DNA of 64,000 nt from Balanoglossus misakiensis. Lineage: Eukaryota; Animalia; Hemichordata. The notes under the pieces were generated by a model. That model searched no databases and was not told where the DNA came from. It saw nothing but the letters and a program-made list of their open reading frames with translations. Numbering within the stretch: the stretch's first letter is position 1; each line of letters opens with the position of its first letter. Positions 13,024 to 25,000 of this stretch are shown here, piece by piece. The position numbers and the translations under genes were made by a program. Where the stretch lies: contig CM082579.2 in NCBI GenBank assembly GCA_040954595.2, forward strand, positions 10,963,625 to 11,027,624, written 5' to 3'.

Positions 13024-16000
13024 TTATCGGCCGTAGCATAATTTTGCTCCGATTTTCCCGCTAACCTCTATTTTGGGGTTCTTTTCTATTTTCTCGGGTT
13101 TCAAAACCGTCCCGAAATCACATCCACCAGTTCCACACTTGACACTTGTAGGTCCGTAGCTCCGCTTATAGTTGGCACCCCACTCCGTCTTCAAGCAGGG
13201 GTTGATTTTCCCTTCGTCCCAGTCAATAGGGTCGACGACCTCGTAGCTGGCATCCACGCTGTGGCTCATCACCCCAGGAATGTTGATGGAGCCCTCGGCG
13301 AAGACTCCCGCCCGAAAGCCTTTCTTCGGGCTCCCCGAGTTCAGCTCGTGCGAGAAACCGCCGACGCCAGCCCCACCCTCGACGCAGCCGGACCATCCAG
13401 TGTGATCGAAACACAGCTCCGCGCCCCCTCCCCAGCCGTTGTAGTAGCTGAACCCGATACACAACAAGCCCAGAGGATCGCGGAGGTTGACGGGGTCGTT
13501 GAAGACGTATTGATACAGATTCGGCTGCTGGCTGCTGTACAGACTAGGGTCACGCGACGTCCATCGACCAATGGTCGCATCGTAGTCTCGGTAATGAAAC
13601 CTGGTGAGTTTGGTTTTGTCGTCATAAAGGCCCCCAGCGAAGCCAAGTGGTACAAAAAGACTTGGATTGGAGTCTGAGAGGAGGGCGCCGTACGAATCTC
13701 TACGAATCACTTTCAGGACGACCCCACGGGCGTCAAATACAGCGAGTGGGGTACCCAGATGGTCACACATGACGTAACTGACGACGTCATCATTAACCAT
13801 GGCAAAAAGGTGGCCCAGCTGGTTGTAGTACAAGGCGATAACAGTTTCCTCCTCGCCGTGCACGACGTGTGTAACTCTGAGAGCATTGTTGGGGTCGCCA
13901 TAGAAATAGCGCACGCTTTCTCCTGTAGCTTCGTCGGAGGTTGAAGTGCGCCTGCCCAAACCATCATACATATATGTGACGTCATAGAAATCTGGATTGA
14001 CCGCTTTTTCTAATTCCCCACGTGAGTTGTACGTGAACCGGGCAGTTCCTTTGCTTTTCAGAAAACCATCTTCCGTGAAGTCATACGGCAGAAGATCCTG
14101 CTGCTCGATTCGGTCGTTTTCGTCGTAGATGGCGGTGTGCAGCTGTTCACCTCCCACCCCTCCCCACTGAACGCGATTTCCATTGACGTCATACTGGTAA
14201 TGCTCCGTGTGTCGGCCGTCTTCGATGACGTCAACCAACTGCCCATCAACGTCATACTCGTACTCATTGGTGAAGAGTTGTTCAGAGCCCAGTTTAACAC
14301 TTCTCTCCGATATGAGGGAGTCATTGCTGAACTGCAAACTGTACTGGAATTTTTGACTGCCTTGGAAGCTGCAACTGCTTTCCACAAGGCGGCCATTTTG
14401 GTCGTGCGTGTACCTGCAAGAGATGTCTGAATCGGACAGCAATCTCACGTTGGGCGAAGCACTCCCAGCATCAAAAGCTCCGTACTGGGTTATCTCACCG
14501 ACCGTGTCGTAGGCGATGTCCGTAACAAAGGTCCGCCCAAACACAACAGAAATGAGTTCCGTGACGAGGAATGCATCGTTGTAAGAATACTTGAAACTCG
14601 CCACCACGTCTGCCATTTCGAACAGTGTTGCGGCGACGGGGAGAAATCCGTCATAGACGTAGCTGATAGCACTTTCCAAGTTCCCGTTGCGGTACCGGTT
14701 TAGTCTCATCACTCGCTCGCTGTTGTCCGTGTAGAGGAATTCGAGGAACGCCTCGTTGAAGTGGACCCCCGTGGGCCTTTGCAACTCGTCGTACCAGTGC
14801 GACACCTCGCCGACAACGGGGTAAAGAGTCTGGATCATGTCTCCGTCCAGATTGAAAGTTGACATGAACGTCGAGTGGAGCGACAGAGGCGCTCGGTACG
14901 TCTCGTCCCACCCCTTCGGCCGTATTCGGGTGCGCAAGAAGTGCTCGGAACCACCGGGCATCACGATACTTGCCAGATTCCCAGCATCGTCGTAACGGAA
15001 TTCGTAGCTTCGACCACTTGGAAGAATTATCTTAGAAAGCTGGTGGAGAGAGAGAGAGAAATGAATGAAATCTCGATAAAGATTCTTCTGTCGCCGTGAC
15101 TTGCGGCAAATTGACGTCATGAAACTGATGTAGGCCTATGTTTTCACCGAATTTACGTCACATGTATTTATAATACCAGATGCGTGGTGGTTCGGCCAAC
15201 AACACGATCATACACTCGATAACAAACACAATGTCATACTAACATGTTTCAACGCGACCACGATTCTTAGCTGTCCGGCAATGACCGAATATTTTTTTTT
15301 TTTTGGGGGGGGGAGTTAAAATCTAACCAATGCAAGGATCTCAAATTTGAACTCAGCATGACTCACCAATGAACGATCAATATATTCATATTTGGTTTCC
15401 AAACCGGAACTCTTTAATTCACTGATGACGTTACCATAGATATCCTGAGTCACGTGTCAAGGATAAGAAGTCGCATGGTCATGAATTGTTAAACATTTCG
15501 CATTAATTCAACGCCAAGTGTGTTTTATCATGTTATGCTAGTAGTCTGCAACAGTTCGACAGCGAAGTGGTGGCTGCTGCATCAGATTGGCATTCACGTT
15601 TCGAATCTGACATCAAAGGATACGTATGTATAATGCTGCCAGAGCTCGCCTTGTGTTCTCCGCATGAACTGGTCCGATGTTGCATTGTAGTCGAATACAA
15701 CGTCTGCCAAGCCAACCGAGGGCCTCTGAATTCTCGTTTCTCTACCATCTTCGTCATAAACTGTCCTTCGTTCACTGTCAGCAAAAATGCAACGTTAACA
15801 GCGCATCAGTACATTTTATGACCACAATCATATGTGTTATAATGCACATAACTATCTTAACATAAACCTATAGTTACATGTATTAAAGTACACCAAAAAA
15901 AAGCTGAATACAGTCACACATCCAGCCTGAGGCAACCCAAACCGGAAGCATGATTAAAGATGGCTGCCTCTTGCAGATGATCTGGCAATTGCATTTGGGT

Positions 16001-19000
16001 TTAACTGACGCCAGAAGAATTTCTTCCACCCAGTATTTGGCAGTTTGTGAGTTTATTATGGTTCAGTAACAATACCTTTATGTCGGCAAGCATACTTACA
16101 CATCACCTCCAAGCACTATTGTAGAAGTTCGATCGTCACGATCATACTCGGAAGTTGAGATCAAGTCTCCATTTATCTTTAGAAAGCGAGAAAGGGGAAC
16201 GTGTAGTTTAATTGTCAAGTCCGTCCGATGTCTGCATGTCAATACATTTCGCCTAATCAAGCTACTAGAAAACCTATGAATGCCAATGATCGCCTTTGCT
16301 GATTGATTCTTCAGCTGGTTGGGTTACCTTTATGTGTTTCCCAATGGTCAGCACTGTTAGCGGATCGTTCGAGTCGGACTGCGTGGCGAAATGGTCGACT
16401 TCTAATCGTTTGGTCAGACCAGATGGCAATGTGGTGACCGTAGACCCCATCAGAGTAATCTGCGACCCCCATACTGGATGTGGTGTCTTAGTCTTCAGTG
16501 CCTGTTTCGGCCAGATAGACAGTTAAGGTAGAAAGGGTCATATTCACCATAAAGCACATACTTTCCTTGTCAGAGTACAAACGAGCAGAAAAGGTTGGGT
16601 GTGGGCTACAAAACTCAAAGATATGACAATTATTTTGGGGTAAAATACATGAGAAAAATCTTGCAAATAAATCAAACCCAGCTCAGTACAGTATACTTCC
16701 ACAGAAAAAAATGTCAGGATTTGTCACTAACGAATCTGTACATATTCTTTGGCCAAATCCTCATTTGGAATATGGAAAACTAAATCGTGAATACACAAGT
16801 CATGAGTTATATTACATAGTCGGCAACACATGCCATTGGAATTCAATTTGTCGCTTTAGAACCATTTTTTCGACATCTGTGATTAAAACACAACGGTCTG
16901 CGAGAGAATGTAGTCTACCTTGGTACCGTCGGCCGACGTGGTGACCGTAGACCCATCCACGAAGTTGCTCAAAACCTCCTGGGCCACACCGAAAGTGGTT
17001 TTGAACGTCTGTTTTAGTTGACCGGACAACGTTTGCGTTTCGGTTATCTGTTGCCTGTTCATTGAAGAGTATCTGACCCGACTACTCGACGTAGTGCCCT
17101 GGAAATTGCCGTAGAGTTCGCGTCGACCCAGGTTGTCGTACTGCGCAAAGACACGTCCGTTTTCGTCGTACCTGTTGAATGAACATGTATACCCCCCACA
17201 TTACACGTCATTTCGTTCATAACTTTATGGGTGATGGCCCTTTCGATTAACGTTTCATGGTAAGCTTGTGTGTGACACAATGGTAATGATAAAATTCAGG
17301 GGGCAAATGTGTTATTCAACATCGGTTTCATTGAGCAACAGGCCAGAATGAAGTGAGAAGCTCCAGCCCGGAACTTACGCAAGGTATTGTTCGTATCCCT
17401 GTGGCGTCGTTATTCCGCGGAGCAATCCGCCATCTTGATATGTAAATCGAGTGTTTCCTTTTTCCGAGTCGGAGAAGAAGTCGAGAAGACCCTCGGAATT
17501 CACCCCAAGTATGGTTCTGACGCCATTGGCCGCCACAAAAGCATGTGGAGTACCATCTGACAGACGCTCGATTGACACAGTGTTGTTATAATTATCGGAT
17601 ATAGCCTAAAAATTCAAGCAAAGTGAACTTGAAACAGTTTTCACTAAGATATTTTCTGGTTACACAGATAAAGGAGAGCCATATTCACTTGCATGATAAA
17701 CACAGTGTCAGCGAATTTCCATTGGATGTAGCTCATAAAGTGACACCTGTTTCGACACACCCTGTTTAGTTGCTTGGTCGAGAGAGAGGTAGTTTTTTCT
17801 TTGCATAACAAAAGGCGCTGTCTTTTCAATTAGTTCATTAAAATATTAGACGTTAACCAGATGGTCACCCATATAAAAGGCATTCTCACAAAAACCACGA
17901 GGAACACTTCTCAACACTGCCTGGGAGGAGCACGTCACTCCACATCGCCTTGGGAATTTGGAATCTAACTAGCTGGTCCTACAAATTTATCGCGTTGTCT
18001 GGAAACGGACTTTGTGAGCAACAAACTTTGTGAGCAACTGAATGACGGACTTTGTCAGCAACGGACTTCTGTGCCTTGGAGAAACTTGAGTTCGGCCAGG
18101 ACTTTTGTGGACTCGATAATAACTCCTCGACCAAGCAGGGTAAAAACATAGAACATTTTTTTCCTGTTAGACTTATTTTGACCTTAGAAAGCTAATTGTT
18201 CAATTACATATTTTGTTGTTGAACTACAAACTCCATTTTGAGCTCCCGGTAATTTCTACCGTAATATACCTAACACAATTACTTACATTGAGGGAGCCGT
18301 CTTCATTGTAATGGAACTGGTATAACAAGCGATTGTTTTTCAAATCCAGCGTCCTCAAGTGCTGGCCAAGACGGTCGAAGATAAACACGTTACTAAAAAC
18401 AAAAAGATCAATATGTTGCCACAAGAAGTCTTTTTTGTGTGTGAAAACAACCATTATTTAGCAGCAGTATGTTAGAAATTAAGTTTCGTTAAAGTGTATT
18501 GGTGTTGCAATATTGAAGCACAGAAATATTTCCGCAGCCTGGAATCTTTAAGTTGCTACGCTCACTCTCGTAGTTGCATTATTTCTTTCTTAGCCTATAC
18601 CAGTTTATCACATACGAGTCGGTAAATGCCTTATTACGAGAAATTTAACAAAATAAAGCTCTTTACCTCGGATTTGGTCCAGGGATGATGTAGTTACCAC
18701 TTTCTAGGCTTGACGGCAGTTTGATTCTGACGGCCCGGATTCGATAATTTCCTATTAAATTATAACAATGGAAAATATACATTTATACATCGATTTTTAA
18801 GACCGATAAAATGATCTGACAATCCTGGAAACACACGGATTATATGATACAGATACAGAGAACGGACTTGTATTAACACATTACCAATTGTATCCGTGTG
18901 TATTTAACTTATACGGCACATTATTACATGTGTCTTCTACTTGTAGCTATGTTATGACTCTTCAACTTACTTAAAGCATTAACGGAGTGAAATAAACTGA

Positions 19001-22000
19001 TCATGAACTTTGTTTACTAACTACTAAGTAATATGCGTCTTCATGTTTACGTTCAAAGCAAGAGGGTACATACACCACCAATATCCCAGATGGAAACAAC
19101 TCCATTTCCTCCGAGCCACTTACCCTCATCGGCGACATAAAGAGCCCTCGTTGGCGAGAGAGCAACAGAAGTTGGGACGTAGAGCTGGCTGGCTGGAGCA
19201 AGAGCTTCGCTGAAACAGTCACAGCTGCTCTGTGCGCAGTCGCACTCGGACCTTTTCCCTGCGAAATGAGTGATCCCACCGCCTTGAGCAAGTATTCGAA
19301 TACGATTGATGTAATGATAGTCAGTTTCGCTGATGTAGACGTTACCTGACGCCGAGACTGCAATGCCCTGTACCCGGAAAAAAGCAAATGTTCAGCATAG
19401 TTCTAACTTGCCTTCTGTGACCCCGCCTTTCCTTCGTGTATAGCCACGCTGTTTTCCAGCACGTGTAAAGAATGTTATGTTTAAAGACATCACCAAGAAA
19501 AGACGTTGACTTCAGTTTTTAACAAGGCGCTACAATTTTACAACACATGTCGAAACGATCACCAATAGACATGTGTTGCTATACACTGTGCCTGTTATGT
19601 CTCGTCAAAAGTGAATATAATATGATCATGTACTTTAAAAATGGTAAATGAATGTCAAAATTTGGTGAAGCTCGTCAGGAAGACTCACATACGAATGTAA
19701 CACTTTTGTGCAACGGCCACCCCAAACCAATCTTGGTGACACACGTGAATAGTTAGTTTACATGAAAAGAGTTGAAAAGAATTTTGTCTTACCCTTGGTG
19801 AAATGAGTTTTGTGTCGAGTGCGTTTTCTGTTTCCCTGTCGTCGACTATGATTGGAAAGACAGGGCCCCGGACAGCTGACCTACCCACGACGGGTCTGAC
19901 ACGTCCTTGTCGACTCAGCTTGAAGATGACGTCACCGTCGACGATATACAGCGTGTCCTCTTCCGGGTGCACGGCAATGTCCGTCGGCCACGTGAAACTG
20001 ATCTCCTTCATTGGCGCGTCGAAGAGGTCACGTGAACGGTTGGTACCTGATTGGCCGACCAGGTTGGTACCTATGTGAGCTTCGATGACACCGTCGTTGC
20101 TGATCTGACGAATTCGCCTGTTGTCGACGAGAAAGATATCGCCATCTTTGCCAACAGCTATTCCTGGGAACCATGAAATATTAAACAAAATCTGAAACGG
20201 TGCATGTAACCACATATTTTCGATTATACCATCCATATTCTAAAGTTCATAGGTCAAATACACAGTGTTTACATGGACAGTTGCAAAGACAAACAGTCAC
20301 AAGACGAAACAGTACAGCACAATCAACATACGCAGACAAAGTCCTGTATGAAGGATAGATATATGGAGTTCCGGCAAAAAGACCAGGAAGTGATGTCAGG
20401 TGTTTCGAAAATAGTATGCTCACCCTGCCCACAACACGTTTCGGATCCCTGGTGCCCTGTATGGTTGAGTGAAGCGTGGTGTAATCAAAGTCGTCAAAAT
20501 GTGCAAACCGTCTATAAAATCCGAATTAATTTTACCTTTTGGCATTGTTAGTTTAGCTTTGACAGCAAGTCCACCATCACCGCAGCCATCTTCCCATGGT
20601 GCACAGCGCTCGCCTGTACCAGCAAACACAGTCTCTTCTCCAGTGGTGGGATCAATTCGCAACACCTGACGCCGTGCGGGGTCAGACATGTAGAGGGCGC
20701 CATCACGTCGACTTGTGGCCAAGTAATATGTATGCCAAGGTCGTGTTTCTCTGCAAAGAAGAACATTCTTTTTCCCCAGTCTCTTCAGGATAACGAATTT
20801 TCGATAAATTTACTTTTAAACAAGTCACAAACCATCCTATATGTATCTATGTATCTTCTTTGGAGATTATAAGCAAACTGAATTTAATTTAAATTGGACA
20901 CGTTTTAGACAAATATAAACAATGTAGGTGGCACATGTTACGTGGAAGGCACAGGTACATACGATAACTGCAGAATAGTCGATACTGTTCCGTTTGGTGC
21001 AATTCTCCTGATGAAATTATAGTCACCAAAATAAACACTCCCATCAGGCGCCGTTGCAAGGGCAACAGGAAGACGTAGCTTGGTTTCTTTGCCAAGTCCT
21101 TCACCACATGTCTGATGACAGAAGAAGACAAGAACGCTTAAAAGAAAGTGGTGTGTGACGGGTTCGATGTACAAATCAGCGGGCGGTTCTCCGTTAAATG
21201 GAACTCCCGAAAAAGACAGCTTTATGATATCAAATGTCATGTACATGGCTGTTGGTGACAAATGACTTACCCTGCAATCTATAGTTGCTCTTGTGTCGCT
21301 GCCGGCAATGGTTTCTAAAACTGCACTTTGGTCGGTGTAGCTTAGCACGTCGCCAGTCCCCATGTGTAAGGTACCTGCAATAACATTGATGACTTCACTT
21401 TAGAAGAAAGCTGACCCATTTGTTGTATAGGGCACAGAAGGGATGCGAGCTCGCCAAGTCCAAAGGATGTCTACGGCGAGAGAACTGATGCGTTGAAAGC
21501 AGGGCAAAGAAATGTGATATACTGGACAAAGCTCCTCACCCGAGTTGGCGTCGTAACTATGGTGGATGTTCAACGACCATCCGGCCAATTCTCCTCCAGC
21601 AATTCCCCGAACCACGTCCAACTCTCTGTCCTCCCAGTACACGACACTCCTGTCAGCGCGAGCAACCTGGGTGCGGGTGTTCGCCTGACTGAAACGATTG
21701 AAGCTTCTAGTGAACTCTGACCTCACGGGGTAGTAGACCATCTGGTACTTGTATCCGATCTTCACTGTTAAGGGTGGACAGTACATGTACGAAGAGATAA
21801 CTCACATGTATTGACTCAAATGTTTGATTTGCCCACTAACACAGTGTTAAACTATCTTTGAAAAACAAGCCCCGTAAAGGTTTATGCTCCACCAAGTATT
21901 TATTGGCATACGAATACAAAATGGCAGTTGACAATGCGCATTTTCTACTGTCGCAATTCTTGTTCTGATTCATAACAGAAAGCGTTTACAGTAACGAGTA

Positions 22001-25000
22001 CTCAATTAAACTTGCTTATTTTATACTATAAATTCATAAAACTACGAATATCGATAAAATATTACATTATCATTTTGTCATAGACCAATAATTTTGCAAA
22101 GTCGGATGTAGTAATACTGTATACATGTAGATGGTATGTTGGATCAAAGATGCTAGTTTGTTTTCAATACCTTTTGCCTTAACTCCACCTTTCATGGTTC
22201 TGCTGTAACCATCTTTTCCATCCCAAGACACCGATTCGGTTACATGAAGCCGTGGCTCGACGTCACGGGTGAACTTCTTCCCGGCAACCTGTGAGCATCA
22301 CGTGACAGTAAAAAGAACAATTTCCTTGTGCAGTGGGGGGGGGGATGGCCTTCATGAACACAATTGTGATTTCAATAATATGCGTGCAATCTTCAAAGCA
22401 TGTCACATGTGGGCTGTTATGAACATATCTGAAACAACTGAAATCTAGGGTACAAGTATGTACGAGCTATGTACACTGGTCAAGTTTTCTGTTTAAGCAC
22501 AAATATTGAGCCAGTAACTAATTATTAATTTTGAAATAATTTGTCATGTTCTTGTCCTGTTCCAAATTATAGACTTGCTCACCGTGACCTCCATGATAAC
22601 CTTTTCCATGATATCCGGTACGCTGTTTCCTGTCAGTGGCACCTTGATCAGGGTTTTATAACCCGGCTGTCTGTTGTGATTGTAGACGAGTTGTAGTGCT
22701 GTCCCCGGTACTGTCACGGACATGGACCCAGGACTCTGTGGTCATTGAAGGTGAGACGAGGTAAAAATTTATGTTCGAATGGACAGTCATCGATTTCCGT
22801 CAATGCATAATGAACCTTCTGTGTACATGTATATGGCTCACCGTCCTCCACACATTGCATTGGGTCTATTGATCTAGGACAGGTACCCGCTGAACATGTA
22901 CCCACCGGACACTTACCCAACGCTAGTGGATAGGAAACGTCGGGGTGACAATTGACCAAAGGACAGTCGTCCTGATACAAACGAGACACCAAAGGTTTTA
23001 TGGTTGGTTCTAATAACAAGAATATTTCCCACCTTGCTTAAATCCGGTATTTTAAAGCTTCCTCCTGGTTCAAAAGTTTCGTCAGACCGTCTGGTGCGAA
23101 TTTCGGTGTCGTTAGAAATTGGTACGCCCGGTAGAGCGGGTCCAAAGTAGCCTGGGTTCACTGTGGTGGGTATACTGGGGTACTGTGACGCCCACTGTTG
23201 TGTGGGTACCACAACGGGTGTGGTCGGTAGAGAGACACCGGGAGACGGCGGTTGACCGGGTGATGCCGGAACGCCAGGGACGGGTGGGACATTGGGTACG
23301 CTGGGGATGATGGGTATGCGAGGGATTTGTGGTGGGGACACGCTACCACCACCACCGGGAGTACCTCCTGGACTACTGCCACCACCACCTGGACTACTGC
23401 CACCACCACCTGGACTACTGCCACCACCACCTGGACTACTGCCACCACCACCTGGATCACCACCACCGTTACCTGGATCACCACCACCACCACCTGGATC
23501 ACCACCACCATTACCTGGATCACCACCACCTTCACCTGGATCACCACCACCTTCACCTGGACCACCACCACCTTCACCTGGACCACCACCGCCCTCGCCA
23601 GGGCCACCCCCACACGGTTGTGCTGGAGGTGGTGGGCTAGATGGCGGCGTTGTTGAGCCTTCTTCACAATCATCCTTGGGCGGCTGCTTCCCAGGGTCAC
23701 ATTCTCCCGGCGTACATCCACAATCTGGAGGACCATATGGCCAATTGCAATCCCATGGCGTAAAATGGGGTATGGGAACTCTCCATAAAGTTTCTCCGGG
23801 TGAGTACAAGGTAGCGAGCGTCTGTAATTCTTGTTCATTGAATCCTGAAAATACAAGATTTGACAAGATGAAGTCGTTTTATGTAGATAATCCAGCAGTA
23901 AAAGAAATTGCGAAAGCTTCGGGCAGCGCGGCGCCAACTGTCTGGATTAGTTGTTACATTTTGGTCGTTTGTGTCTGACTTCGAGGTTGATATCTTCCAT
24001 TATGCTTCATAGTAGCAAATCGCAACAGTTTATTTTGTTTGGAATACTAGCAAGGGTAAGGTGGGTCAGTAAAGCCTATTGCTAACTAGCCTAGATGTTG
24101 CTAATTAATGCTAATTATTTTCCAACTATTAGCAACGCAACGCCCGGGTCATTGCTCCGGCCAATCAGTAATGTGTCGCGTATGGTGATTGACTTGAACG
24201 ACATCAGAGTCAAGACCATGTGGTGACCTCGTTGCCATGACATCGCATTTCGAGTTCTATTGACATGCAGATCTTAAAAATGGAAGATAGTTGACTGTGT
24301 GGCCTGACCCTTGTGTGTGAGTCTATCTAAAACACACTGGGTATGGAGACCAGGCTAATTGCTAACCTAACCGGGCGAGCTCCTCTTCCGTGGCTTCCAC
24401 CTTGTCACCAGTGACATCTACGCTAGCTCTGTCAGTGTCATCGGACGGTAGTATTTCGATGACTAAACCATTCTCAGATGCTACCCATTCTCCCAGAGTC
24501 CGGTTATAGGATCCTGTTATAGCGGGAATACAATAAATTAATGTAAAAATAATAGAGAACTATTTAAGGCACTATCAAGAATTAACTGAGGTACGTGAGA
24601 ACATTTTGGGGAAATCCTTTATGATTATATTAAACTTGATAACACTGGCTCAATGGTGAGTATTTGCTGTAATGCAGCAATGTTTACCTGTTGGCACAGC
24701 TGAACCTACTGGAAAGCCGAGATAGTTTTCGACGTAATAGTAAACGGTTTGGTTGAAGAATACATCAGTAGTACCATTGACACTAGCTTCGTCCATACTA
24801 TTGGTCGGAGAAAGGATAGAGGAGTGTAGCTTTGTTATATCTCACAAAACAAGAATAAAACAGAATTCAGAGCTGGACAAATTCTGGTCTGTACTATCTT
24901 TACAACACAATCCATTCAAGTTTAACATTAGTGGGTTTATTTTAGTAAAGAGAAGTTAAACACGTGAGGGTTACGTTTGATATGTCTACTTGCTTTATGG

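Noticed and set aside
13024-15120. Bacterial contaminant Rhs gene
   Set aside because: It has a polypyrimidine/AG acceptor at 15040 in phase with upstream spliced exons and is embedded in eukaryotic repeats. The ORF's first 27 aa are intronic.
23158-23978. Pro-rich, His-rich, Thr/Trp-rich and Val-rich ORFs
   Set aside because: These are alternative-frame or antisense readings of the 21-nt Gly repeat.
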